Below, in pieces: positions 39,784-52,371 of a stretch of DNA of 64,000 nucleotides. Source of the stretch: Amoebidium appalachense (lineage: Eukaryota > Protista > Ichthyosporea). The first letter of the stretch is position 1. Each line of letters begins with the position of its first letter. The notes beneath the pieces are model-generated. The model made no database searches. It had not been told where the DNA came from and worked only from the letters and a program-made list of their open reading frames with translations. The stretch spans positions 4,213,962 through 4,277,961 of the forward strand of contig CAVNZM010000007.1 in NCBI GenBank assembly GCA_963693365.1, in the 5' to 3' direction. Position numbers and translations under genes: made by a program.

Positions 39784-40978
39784 ATGTCTGACACTGAGAT
39801 GCGCAGTGACGACGCTCGTGGAGGCAACAGGTATGTTTTTAGCTTTTGCTTGCTTTGATCCGTACATGGAAGCTACTACGTTGTTTGCTTGGCTAAAACA
39901 GTTGTTTCTATTGTTGTGAAGTGGTTGATAGATGGGATTTGTGTGCGTGAGCCTCTACTCACTTGATGCTTCCCGTATGTTTTAGGCACCCTGTCTGTAC
40001 ACTTTATAGCTGTGAGTTGGGTCCTTTTATGAGCAGGGGGCTGTGTGTTGGTCTGTTGGCCAACCTCTTGGCTTGGTAGGTGTGTCTTGCAAGCTAAAAG
40101 AGGTGTGGGCAAAACTGGGTATACCACATGAAGCCTGGTGCACAGGTTGATAGCTAAACCACATGGTTGGTGGCTATGATTGCTAGCTAATTACGGAGAA
40201 ATTTGCGAGGTCGAAAGGTGATCTGTTCGTCTGTGAAACTCTTCATGTACACCTGGTTCTGTGGCTGTGCCCTCATAGTTGGGCATAACACCTGCTGAAA
40301 TAGCGTTTGCTGGGGAATTTAAGTAATTTTCAGTCGCTAGATTGTTCCTGCCTTCATGTGCATGCGTGTGTATAGGAGAAGGGTGGGGAGGAAGGGGGAG
40401 GGAGGGATTGGGGGAATAGAGGCAGGACGGGGGTCGGGGGGGTGGTTTGAGGGGCTCATTTGGCCTTTGTTTGTTATGTTTTAGTTGCCGAGGAGAGTTT
40501 TTTCCAACCGTTGTCTTTTCCATCACTGGCTATGAAACAGCAACTAACACCGCATCTGTATGGTTCCACAGCCCCCTGGGTGGTGGCAGTGACCGGGGCC
40601 GTTCCCAGTCTCGTTCCCGCTCCCCCTCTCGTTCCCCAGGACGGGCGTCTTCCCGTTCCCCCTCTACCAAGCCCCGTGACCGTTCCCCATCCCCCAAAGG
40701 GCGTGACCGCTCTCCCTCCCCAAATCGCCGGTCGCCATCTCCCAAGCGCCGTTCCCCTTCCCCCAGACGTCGTTCCCCTTCCCCCAGACGCCGTTCCCCC
40801 TCCCCAAGGCGCCGCTCACCTTCCCCCCGCCGCCGCACCCGCTCACCTTCGCCTCCGCGCCGTGTGAGAACGCGCAGCCGTAGCCGCACCCCCTCCCCGT
40901 AGAAGGTATGCCGGTGGCAGAGGGGTGTTTGGGGAGCAGGGCGGTTAGGGACCACACTCTGTCTCTCTGTCTCTCTCA

Positions 40979-41048
<70 letters not shown>

Positions 41049-42733
41049 CCCCCCTCCTTAATCCCCCTTCTCCAGTGTGAGCAACAGCACCTTGGGCTGC
41101 CTCCCTGCCCTTCCACTCTATCCCACCCTCCTTGTTCCCGAGACACGTGTGCAATTATGAGCTCTTCGTATGCCCGTTGTGAAGGACGTCTACTCTCGGT
41201 TTTTTGAGGGGGAAGGGGAGGGGCGGGGGGCGGGGGCCGAGGGGGAGGGGGGGCCGGGGGAGGAGGGACGTCAGCGAACTGTTCAGTGTTAGCTGACCTC
41301 AAACCTTGTGCTCAACGTGAAACACACTCTTCTGAACCATTATTTACTCATGTGGTTTTCCTCCCCCAGACGGAGCCCCAGCCGCAGCAGGAGCCGAAGC
41401 AGGTACATTTACCCTCTGACCTGGTGTAGCATGTGGTGGGTGTGGCTTGGAAATGAAGGGTTGGTGTACAAGTGACTAAATGGAGGTGTTCTGGATATAA
41501 AACAGGTGTGTGTGTGTGCGCGCGCGTGTGTGTGTGTGTGTGTGTTTTGGGGAGAGGGCATGTTTGGGAATGGTCTGTGAACATGCCTTATGACAAGTTA
41601 ACATCATCACTCCCCTGGTTGTTTAGCTGGAGGGAATGGTTAGTGAGTTGTAGCTTTAGCTCTGGAATTAGGTATATGCTGGTAGGCAGGTCTTTTCTTT
41701 TTCCTAACTCCTGCTTTCCACCAATCAGATCTCCTCCCCGTCGTGGTGGCGGTGGCGGCGGTCGTGGTGCAGCTGACAGGGTGAGAAGTTATTTATTCCA
41801 CCGTTTTTGAGCCATGTGGCAGGAAGGGTTGTTGTGTGGCTTGTAGGCGCGATGGGTGTGGATGTGTGTAGTTATGGCTGTGTAGCTGTTCCGCTGTGAG
41901 TGAGTAATAGATACTTGGATGCCGCTGGGAAAAGCAGCCACAGACTTGCGTGAGAAGCGTGTGGGTGTAGAAATTAGCTCTAAGGTGCCCCCAAAAAACA
42001 ACTAGGAGACATGTTTTTGCTGTATAAGCAATTCCTTTCTGGTGTGGTTTCCGCGAGTCGCCTGCATCTTTGCCGTATGTGTGTTTGTTTCATGGGCTTA
42101 TAGCCCACTGACGCCTGTTTTATTATGTTTGGTGTGCAGGGTGCACCCGAGCCATCCCGTGTGCTTGGTGTGTTTGGGCTCAGCATGTACACATCCCAGC
42201 GGGCCATCCACGACCTCATGAGCAAGTACGGCCATGTGGACAGGGTCGACCTCATCCTCGACCGCCTGGTAGGTTCTCCCCTACATCTGTCCCATCTGCA
42301 CCACATACACACATACATACACAGGCACACACACACACACACTCGCTCTCTCTCTCCCGACACACACACACACACTCTCTCTCTCTCCCCCCCTCCCCCC
42401 CCCCCCCCCCCCCCCCCCTCTCTCTGTGTGTGTCTGTCTCTCTCTCTCTCCGCACCCCCTACCCCCAACGGTTTTACATTTATGCGGTGAATGGGTCGGA
42501 TGCCGGGTACTGTGAATGACTCCCATCCCTTCTCCTCCCCCCCCCCCCCCCCCCCCCCCCCTTCTTCTACGATGGACTCTAGTAATGATGCATGTTGTCG
42601 TGTGGTGTGCGCTTTTCTGCATCATCTGTATTATGTTGCCCATCGTGGATGTGAACTTTGTACTCTCCTACGCAGTGAAACCACCACCACCGCCACCACC
42701 ACAAGCACTCCTGGCCACCACCACCCACTCCTC

Positions 42734-42775
<42 letters not shown>

Positions 42776-43244
42776 AAAAAAAAAAAAACACCACCACACC
42801 CCATCATCACCACCACCACCCCACCCCACCCGTCCGCGCGCACGCAAACACTTTGAGCCAGGCATCTTAGAAATTGCCCTGAGTTTCGTCGTGTATCTTA
42901 AGACTCTGGTTACTGTCGGTATCATTCATTTGTAGTCGCCACTGCCTCCACCGTCGATTCTTCCTGTACTTTTTGTATTTGATTCCTTTTGTCCTTTATA
43001 CTCTTTGTATTTGATCCCTTTTGTCCTTGATACTCTTTGTATTTGATCCCTTTTGTCCTTTATACTCTTTGTATTTGATCCCTTTTGTCCTTTATACTCT
43101 TTGTATTTGATCCCTTTTGCCCTTTATACTCTTTGTATTTGATCCCTTTTGCCCTTTATACTCTTTGTATTTGATCCCTTTTGCCCTTTATACTCTTTGT
43201 ATTTGATCCCTTTTGTCCTTTATACTCTGTGCTGCTGTATCCTT

Positions 43245-43278
<34 letters not shown>

Positions 43279-43471
43279 TTCCCGGCTTCCCCTTCTCAAA
43301 CAATGTTCTTGCACTCTGTCTCTCCGCCTTACTCTCCTTCTCGACTCTATCTGTTGGTGTGTAGGTTTTTGGGGGGAGCCACTATGATGCTTGTTGCCTC
43401 CTCCTCCTCCTCATCCCCCCCTTTTCTCCCCTTTTCTCCATTTTTTTTTTCTCCCTATTGTGGGAATGTGT

Positions 43472-43546
<75 letters not shown>

Positions 43547-44287
43547 ATGGGGAGTGTGGGCTTAAAACGTGCTAACGGGGGTGTTCTGCGTGCAGACCGG
43601 GCGGTCCAAGGGGTTCGGGTTTGTGTACTTCGAGTCGACCGAGGGGGCCACCAAGGCGCGCAATGCCACCAACGGGCTGACCATTGACGAGCGCACGATC
43701 CGGGTGGACTTCTCCCTGACCAAGCGCGCACACACACCAACCCCCGGTGTCTACATGGGCCAGCGCCTGTGCGTGCATTCACACACCCCTCCCCCCTCCC
43801 CCACCTTGGCCCTCCGATCACATGCATGTGTCCGTACGCGCACATGAACACACAAACACACACGCACACGCACACACCTACACATCTCGGATCACTCTCT
43901 AACCAAGTGTGCACGCCCCCCCATGCGCGGTGTCTGCATGGGTCAGGGCATGTGCGTGCTTTCAACTTTCCCTTCCTCCCTTTGCGTGCGCACACACACA
44001 CACACACAAACACACGGGCACAAACAACACCCACACACACACTTCGGGATTCTCCCTGACCGAACATTTGCACACCCCCACCCTTGGTGTCTACATGGGT
44101 CACTACCTAAACGCGCATTCATTCCCCCCCCCCCCCCCCCCCCCTCCCTTTTGCATACACACGTGTGTGTGTACGCACACACATGTAATATGGACTACTC
44201 CCTGACCAAACGTGCACAACCACCCACCCCTGCTGTCTACGTGGGCCAGCACCTGTGTGTGCATATACTTTCCCTTTTACCCCTCCC

Positions 44288-44320
<33 letters not shown>

Positions 44321-44321
44321 A

Positions 44322-44357
<36 letters not shown>

Positions 44358-45473
44358 CGCGCGCGCGCGGACACATGTGCGTGCGTGTGTGTACGTGCGC
44401 GCATGCACATGCACATGCAGGCACGCACGTGTATAAACTACAAACTCACATACTCACGTATACACGCTCACACTCACTCAAAAATAATGTGTGTGTACAC
44501 AACTTGCCGGTGGTGGTCTGTCTATACATTAGCATATGCATCTTTGTCTTTTCCTGTACTACATGTAGCTTTGTACATAGCTATGTGAACGGCAACCAAC
44601 CAAACAACCAACCCCCCCCCCCCCCCCAAAAAAAAAAAAAAAAAAAAGAAAAAAAAGAAAGAAAGAAAGAAAAAATCCTCGTGTGGGACCAGGGCATGTC
44701 ATTCATACATGCTGCATTGTGCTCTTTACTTCTTGATGGACTTGTTTGGGGATGTTGAAGCATGTTCGGGGTTATAGTCGGAGTGGGAGGGGGAGGGGGG
44801 GGAGGGGGGGCGCTGGTTGTCCGTGCCTCCACCACACACCACTAACAATGATGTTCCCCCCAGGCCCCCTCGGCGTGGCTATGGTGGTGGCCGGCGCTCT
44901 CGTTCCCGCTCGCGCTCTCCGCACCGTTCTCGGTCCCGCTCCCCCCGCAGGAGTTCATACAGCAGCCGGCGCTCACGGTCTAGAAGCCGCTCTCGTGAGT
45001 CTCCCTGACCCTCCCATCCCATTGTCCATGTGGATACCTTCCCACAGACGTGTGTGTGCACAAAAACGAACTAGCAACCCGGACTCTTGGCTTTTGGTTG
45101 CTGGGACTAGCATGATGTATCGTTGCTGTTGTATCTATTCTATATGTGTTGTGTTGTGTTTGAATTACGATGAAGGGGAGGGGGCCGGGGGGAGCAGGAG
45201 GGGGGGGGGGGGGATCCATGCACGTTTTGGAAAGGACTGGTTATGGGCATGTCATCCGTGTGCACGCGGATGTGTGATGGCTTTAAGTGGGCTGGTGGGT
45301 GGACCCAGATGCATATGACCTACACAGTGATCTCTTATGCGTGCAGGTGGATATCGGTGCGGTAGTTTGTTGTTTGTTCCCATGTTGTTTGTATGGTGTG
45401 TGTGTGTGTGTGTGACTGTGTGCGGGCGCACGTGTATGTGTGTGCCATGTTCGAATGTTCTTCTTTTTTAGCA

Positions 45474-45509
<36 letters not shown>

Positions 45510-45597
45510 GAGGGGGGGGAGGGGGGTTGTTTTGTGTTTGTTTCCGCACGGTGTGGCATAACCTGACAATTGGTTTTGTGCAGGTGACCGCCGCTGA
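39784..45597 (+). CDS. TRA2: Transformer-2-like SR splicing factor (RS-RRM-RS)
   Basis: Exons 39784-39830, 40572-40905, 41370-41402, 41729-41780, 42140-42268, 43596-43768, 44864-44995, 45584-45597 (or read-through to stop at 45008). RRM PEPSRVLGVFGLS..TGRSKGFGFVYF followed by the TRA2-diagnostic linker RVDFSLTKRAHTPTPGVYMG. Exon 2 has one extra nucleotide giving TAG at 40900-40902. Confidence 0.88.
42972..43228. repeat. 31-bp minisatellite (TTTGTATTTGATCCCTTTTGTCCTTTATACTC-like) in TRA2 intron
   Basis: About eight near-identical tandem units. Confidence 0.9.
43888..44265 (+). repeat. Three decayed tandem copies of the 3' end of the TRA2 RRM exon plus its donor region
   Basis: Copies near 43890, 44045 and 44190 resemble 43705-43780; translations DHSLTKCARP.., GFSLTEHLHTPTLGVYMGHYL and DYSLTKRAQPPTPAVYVGQHL versus authentic DFSLTKRAHTPTPGVYMGQRL. 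Confidence 0.8.
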
Positions 45598-46865
45598 GGG
45601 ATTTGGCCCTGATTCGCGGCGACCACCACCGTCGTGACGTTCGTTTCTGTGCGAGTGAGGCGTGTTTGCTCAAAGTTTATGCAAGCCCGCGGTATTTGGT
45701 AACGTGTTGACTCGCATGAACGAAAACGTGCATTAGATAATCGGTTGGATAGTTGTTATGGTAAAGGTTGTCGGTCCTGTACACAGAGTGAGACACAATA
45801 TAGGCACGGTGGCACGAATTTTTTTTGCGAATATCAAGTGTCTTTTCGATAGAGGTTTGGTGTGTGTTTTATTGTGGTTGTGGTTAGATGGGCTTCCCAG
45901 GTATATAGTACCTGATTTCTAGGCAACAAATTTTCTCTAAATGATAAATGACCCCCCCCCCCCCCCCCCCCCCCTCTTTTTTTTCCCTCTCAATACATCA
46001 GACAGCAGCTTTCAGTTGTGTGCTACATGTAGAGGTGGCTTTGTGCGGTTTGTGACGGTCACATGTCTCACTGTTTTTACATGTGAATACAGCGGGCTGT
46101 GAAGGTGCACCCACACTCAAGGTGCAAGTACACACAGCACAAGTACAAGAGCAAGAACAAGTGCAAGTACAAGGCTGAAGGTGCCACAAGACCACAAGCT
46201 AACAGGCGCACCAAGTTTCAAGTAGCAGGCAGAAGGATCAAGCACTTATCAAGGCTCATCCATGCCCTGTGTGTGTGGTAGGAGCTTGGGGTTTAGGAAT
46301 AGATAAAGCCTGGCCTAAGGGTGACTGTTCTATTGTAGGTTCATTTTGGGTAAGATGGGTCTGCTTGCCATTGCTACTTCCCCCCCCCCCTCCCCCCCCC
46401 CCCCCCCCCCCCCACACACACACACGCACACACACTTCCTCCCTCCCAATTTCCTCGCCCGCTACACTCTGCTTTCCTTTGCTTCCCGCTTCCTGATGGC
46501 ATGGTGCCACTTGTGTCCATCTCACCCTCCAGTGCAACCCGCTTCCCCTCCCCACCACACGCGCACACACACACGCACACACACACACAAGCGCGTGCAC
46601 GTGAGCTCACACACAGATGCGTGTGCGTAAAAAAAACTCCCCCGGCATTCGATTTCCCTGCACTGTGACTTTTCCTTATTCCATCACAATGCAGCAGTCA
46701 CTGTGTGCAGTGTAACAAATACCACATGTCATCACGGGCGGATAAATTGCAGCCTATGGCAAGATGCACAATTATTGTTACCTTGTCTTGACGTCAGGAC
46801 AATAATCCCCAGCCCAACTCCTGATTCGATACCTATTGCAAGATATTGATGGAGAAGCTGGGATG

Positions 46866-46932
<67 letters not shown>

Positions 46933-48283
46933 AGAAGAAGAAAAAAAAAGAAAAAGAAAAAAAAGAGAAAAAAAAAAAGAAAGAAAGAAAAAAAGAAAAA
47001 GGAAAAAAGAACACACACATGCATACTCACACCGGTATCCTTGCCTACGCCACTGCTCTGCAGTTTCTCCCCCACCTCCTGTCTGGAGTGAACACAACCA
47101 AATTTTCAATACAAAAGTACACACCCAACGTGATATCGTTGAATGGTAGTACATGTGTGTGTGTTTGGTGGTGGTGGCGGCGGTGGGGTGTGGGTGTGTG
47201 TGTGTATGTGGGGGGGGGGGGGGGGGGGGGGGGAGTTCACATGTTACTTTAAACACCTGGCAATATTTTGCACTAAAAGGCTCGCACTCCCATCACAATC
47301 TTCACGGTACAATGGTAGTCGTGAAGATTGTGATGGGAGTGCGAGCCTTTTAGTGCTGGGGTTCACTGGTCAAGAGTCGTACCACATATATGCATAGTCT
47401 GAGACTGGACTATAGCAGCTTCCGTAATGTTAAGGCCTGGGCAATTTGATCATTGTTTTTAGTTCCAGATATAAGTTTTTGGCATGTTGTACTAGTACAG
47501 CCAACGAAAGCTGACTTGCAGCCTCACAAACTCCGTTCCTAGGGCACCATCGAGAACGCTGAGGTTGGGGGGGGGGGAGGGGCATATAAGTGCCATTGCA
47601 TATGCATTATATTGCCGAGATTAACCATAAGGTTGGAATGATATATACTTGGCCCCGAGGATATTTCTTGTGCAGTACACACAAATATATATATATGTAG
47701 ATTACGGGTTGATCCTGAAAGATTTGACCAAAGCTTAATGTCGTTCAACACACTTTGGCTTGGTCTTTAATCTGTGGCCATGGAGTTCGAGATGACGGCC
47801 TACTAAAATTGCAAAAATTCCCTGTGACAATCCCCCCCCCCCCCCCCCCCCCCCCCGACCCCCCCCCCCCCTCTCCCCACGAAAAAAAAACACCCCCCGA
47901 ATCACCAAACATAAACAACCATTGTACTATATATTTACCGTATGTGACATAGTACAAAATGTAAATCAAAAAATGCAGCCCTACTTAAAACATAATACTC
48001 CATAACTAGTACTATTGACGTGCTTGTCACGGCTGTTGGTATAATTACAATAACTGATTATCCGCCGGTTGAAAACGATATGATCAGTAAAGCTACTGAT
48101 GATATCTGAATGCAAATGCTTGGTACAAGTGCAAGAGACAAATCTAGACGATCCATGGTGCTGAGAAACTTATGCCTAACACCTCTATAGGCTCAAATCC
48201 TTGTTTTTGGTCGCAATACCACCAGTCGGTCTCGGGAGTCCTGCGTGACAACAAACACTACCACGTCATCAAACACAAACACA

Positions 48284-49391
48284 TTAAGTTGTTTTTGCAT
48301 CACGCCAACGTTTAACATATCCAGGGAGAGCGATAGAGTGTATCTTGGCAACCGACTCCGCTGTTTCCCAATACGCCCACTCCAGCTTGTTCGTAATGGT
48401 CACAAAGAATTTCTGGCAGACTGGCCCCACCAAGCCGCTAGTGCAGTCTACGAGGTCAGGCAGGTCCCATAAGCAACGGTTCGGGGCGTGGAAATCCCTA
48501 TCTATTCCAAAACATTCACCTCCGGGAAGTGGACATGGGGACACTTTAGCTATATAGACACGTCGCGTGAGGAGACTCTCCATGCTGAATGGTACACGGT
48601 GTTGGAGCTTGGCCCTAAATTTTTGATATCCAAGAGGGACGTGGCGTGGAGGGTGTTGTCCTTCCCAACATGCATGTGTGTGTCGTGCTGTATGATGTAA
48701 CCCTCACACCCCTCCTGGTGTACATTTCTTCCATATTTGCCGCCAAACACCCTCGCGCCGGTGGTTATATATCTCGTACATGGTGAAACTATTACCATAG
48801 TCGAGAATGACCCAATCACCATGCGCTTTGTGGTCTTATCGGGCGCGAAATTGCTGACCCGCGGCCGCACTTCTTTAGTCCACACCCTCCTGCCAGTGGT
48901 GACGTTGCTTGCAAACATGTAGACGTCAAATGTGTCACCATTGCCTTCTGAACCCGAGGGGTCTGAATCGGTGTCGGTCTTGGCTGTGTAGTATGTTAGA
49001 TCGTTGCCTTTTCGCGGGAAAGCACAATGTGTTATATGGGCGATCGGATATGGGAGAGCTCGGAGCACAGGGCACCCGTTTCCACATCCCACACTCCCAC
49101 TTTTTCAGATGTTACTGCTGCAGCCACCAGCGGATACTGTATGGAGACGGTTTTTTTCCCCGTAAAGGATGCTGTCTTGGCAGTCGCAGCCAAGCAGGGT
49201 ACAGCCAAGGTTACAAGAGCGGAAAGTGTGGGTGGTAATAAATTAAATTAGCGAATTACTTGGCCGGTTTCCATATTCCAGATGACGAGGTTTCTCCCTT
49301 CGGTTACGACTGCTACGTACTTCCCGTCGCACAACAATTTGTTCCCATGACTGAGATTGTTCCCATGTCTCGAGCACCCTGCTCTGTCCAT
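48284..49391 (-). pseudogene. Decayed intronless WD40/beta-propeller-like gene
   Basis: Minus-strand frame reads CDGKYVAVVTEGRNLVIWNMETGQVIR*FNLL..YPLVAAAVTSEKVGVWDVETGALCSEL (two WD-like repeat ends; internal TAA at 49250-49248), then apparently continues by frameshifts into ORFs 48550-49092 and 48284-48583. Confidence 0.5.
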
Positions 49392-49832
49392 TTGGCAAGA
49401 TCTCATGCTACGGCCAGAAGATGTCATTCATTAAGCTGCAGATCAAAGGTTTGATCAGTGTACATATGTACACAGGGTGAGACTGATATTAAGTTATAAC
49501 GTTAGTTATTTAAAATTAAGATAAATCGCGCTATTTTCCCCCTCAAAAAATCCAGATAATAGACCCTACGAACCCTGGTGGATTTTTAAAAACATGCTCC
49601 CCCCCCCCCCCCCCCCTCCCCCCCCCCCCCCCCTCCCCCTCCCCCGACGGGGAAATCTAAAGAACATGAGGGCTATGGTCCTCGAAAAAATAAGTTAACT
49701 AGACCCTATTTTTAAAGGACCAATCAGTCACCCCCCAGCAGTGATGTGTCTATGCCATCATGTGTAGACGTTTTCCGTGGTATACCTGTTCATACGATGT
49801 GGTGCTTAGCAATTCTGAGCATGTGGCAGGGA

Positions 49833-49865
<33 letters not shown>

Positions 49866-50337
49866 TTTGGGCAATGCAAGCAGAAAAGCACCGTTGGCTT
49901 CCCCTCCACACATTCACCAAACTCATGATTACTAAAGGATGGTAAAAGATGTATCAGCACCTACAATCCGGGGGCAAATTTCAAAGCTCGATGCTATTGA
50001 TGCATCCGAAATGTACTCTGATCGGAGAACTTAGCGGCCATAAGTACTCTGACCGCAGTACTTTAGGAATGCTTGTTTCGGAAGGATACCGCGAGCTATT
50101 GGGGCCCAGGAGCCCGCTTTTTTTTGTACAGCCAGTAAGAAAACATAAGTTTACACCTTTTTTGTCTTTGGTACGGTAACTAACAAGGCCTTCCCTAGCT
50201 TTTATTGGTTGCCGACGCTGTTGCAAGTTTTTGAATTCATGCTCGACAACAACATGATTCATGATCAAACGGACGAAACTTGCTGAGTCCGCGAACACAA
50301 CAAGCCATGGGTTTCATGTGAAAGATGAGCGCCCAAC

Positions 50338-52371
50338 ATGGCCAAAACATTAGACCCAATAGAGTCACTTTATTCTGGAGCTCGTGTCTGTTGTTTTGCA
50401 TACATATTTGACGGGGTTCAGGGGGAAGATTTCACAGATGACACCACACGTTGGTCTTACAAGAAGTTCGGCCTGAGTTGGGACACACAAATACTGGTTG
50501 GCACAGTAGTGAAACGATGCAAGACAAACGAAGGCAGTGAATGGAAAGTAAAGTTTGATTTTGACGGTACCACAGAAGTAGTTCTGCGCCATCAGCTAAC
50601 TTTAATAGATGAAGAAGACAGTGAACACACAAGTAGCGAGCTAGAGAGTGATAGTGACGAAGATCCAGATGGAGACATCCAACAAGTAGAGATTCCTGTC
50701 ACAGACAGTGAGAATGAAGATGAGATAGAACTTGTAGATGAACAAGTAGAGTTACCTACCCCCACCGACCCCACGTGCACCTTGCAATGGACCATTCCAG
50801 ATGAGCAAGTACTTGACAAAAGAACAGGCCCACGCAGAAAACCAACCATTCCACTAGCACTAAACAAGCGCAAGAGTGTTCTGTGTTTGTTTGAACACTT
50901 CATGCCTATGGAGTATCTCTTCACAGCAGTCATTCCACTCACAAACGAAGTAGGTCGTGCACGTTACAAAAATTGGGTTGACTTAACCCCGGGTGAGCTA
51001 CTTAGGTGGTTGGGTATGTGGATTTACATGGCTGGAACATTCGAACCCGGCTCGAGATCGAACTACTGGACGTCGGCAGCAGAGAACCCAAGCCACATAT
51101 TTCCCGTACACGACTTTGCCCGCTTCATGACCGAACACCGGTTCGAAAACATCCGTGCCTGCTTTACCGTCACCGACATCACTCAATATCCGGAGGATGA
51201 TCCACTGAAAGACACACGCGGTTTCATGGAAGCACTGCAGAGTCGGTGCCGTTGCTCTATCGAGCCCGGGGATGAATTATGCGAAGACGAGGCCATCTTT
51301 GCCAGCTATCATTGCAACCTTCCGTGCCAAATCTATATAAAACGAAAACCCCACCCTCTCGGTCAAGAAATAAAAACTCTACACGACTGTGTAACCAACA
51401 TACTCATTAACTTCGAAATGAACGAGGGGAAGCTTAGGATGGCAAGCAAACCGTACCGACAGTTGGGAGCTGGAACAGGCACCACCTTGCGTCTTCTAAC
51501 CCCAAGGGCCAACCCCACCCACCGTAACCCCAGAACGATCGTCGGAGACAGCTGGTTTGGGTCAGTAACCGGGACAAGGGAAGTGTACAAAATCGGATTC
51601 TACGCACTTTTCAATGTCAAAACCGCAACCAGAGACTTTCCCCTCAACATGTTGGACCTTCTATGTGAGGAAGGACGTGGTGTATGGTCGGAGGCAGTGT
51701 GCAGTGTGGACGGAGTAGACCTCGTTGCGGTGTTATGGAGAAACAAGAACTACAGTATGAAAGTGATCACCTCATGTTCAAGTACTCAGCCGGGTCAACC
51801 GAGAAAATCACGAAACGGAAATGACGTCCCCCAACCGAAAGCAGTCGAAGAATACTTCGAAAACTACAACATGGCCGATATATTCAACAAAACACGAATG
51901 TTAAACGGCTCTGTGGACGAAGCCTTGGGCACTAAACGTCACCAACTCCGCACCTTTGGGGGGCTTCTGGGGTTTGTAGTAGCAAACGTACACTTTGCAT
52001 ACAGATACTTTGGCAAATCCACAAACACGAGCATGGACACAAGGCGTGAGCTAGCAGAAGCACTCATATGCAACCCCCACCTGCCTGCACTAGAATACCC
52101 CCTTCCCCCTGCTGCTCCTGCCCCCCATGCTCTACACGGACACCAGCGTGCCAGAAAAGAAAGAAAAGGTAGATGCGTTCTCTGCTTTAGGAACAAAGGG
52201 GAACGCCACCAGACACATACCTACTGCATCAAGTGTAATGTGTTTCTCTGCAATGATCAAACACGTGCATGCTTCGAAAACCACATCACACATGGTGTTC
52301 CTCCACGCACACGCACCCAAGTCAACACAAACACAGGCCCGGTACGATCACGCAGAAACACTACACGTTAA
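50338..52371 (+). CDS. piggyBac-family (PGBD-like) DDD transposase, 677 aa, intronless
   Basis: Motifs ELLRWLG, YW, RFENIRAC, LCEDEAI, YIKRKPHPLG, VGDSWFGSV, YNMADIFN (three catalytic Asp present) and C-terminal Cys-rich domain CVLC..YCIKCNVFLC..CFENH. Confidence 0.92.
   Translation: MAKTLDPIESLYSGARVCCFAYIFDGVQGEDFTDDTTRWSYKKFGLSWDTQILVGTVVKRCKTNEGSEWKVKFDFDGTTEVVLRHQLTLIDEEDSEHTSSELESDSDEDPDGDIQQVEIPVTDSENEDEIELVDEQVELPTPTDPTCTLQWTIPDEQVLDKRTGPRRKPTIPLALNKRKSVLCLFEHFMPMEYLFTAVIPLTNEVGRARYKNWVDLTPGELLRWLGMWIYMAGTFEPGSRSNYWTSAAENPSHIFPVHDFARFMTEHRFENIRACFTVTDITQYPEDDPLKDTRGFMEALQSRCRCSIEPGDELCEDEAIFASYHCNLPCQIYIKRKPHPLGQEIKTLHDCVTNILINFEMNEGKLRMASKPYRQLGAGTGTTLRLLTPRANPTHRNPRTIVGDSWFGSVTGTREVYKIGFYALFNVKTATRDFPLNMLDLLCEEGRGVWSEAVCSVDGVDLVAVLWRNKNYSMKVITSCSSTQPGQPRKSRNGNDVPQPKAVEEYFENYNMADIFNKTRMLNGSVDEALGTKRHQLRTFGGLLGFVVANVHFAYRYFGKSTNTSMDTRRELAEALICNPHLPALEYPLPPAAPAPHALHGHQRARKERKGRCVLCFRNKGERHQTHTYCIKCNVFLCNDQTRACFENHITHGVPPRTRTQVNTNTGPVRSRRNTTR

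Noticed and set aside
42972-43228. 31-bp repeat array resembling CRISPR
   Set aside because: Units are directly adjacent with no unique spacers, inside a eukaryotic intron; a minisatellite. The same applies to 4355-4800.
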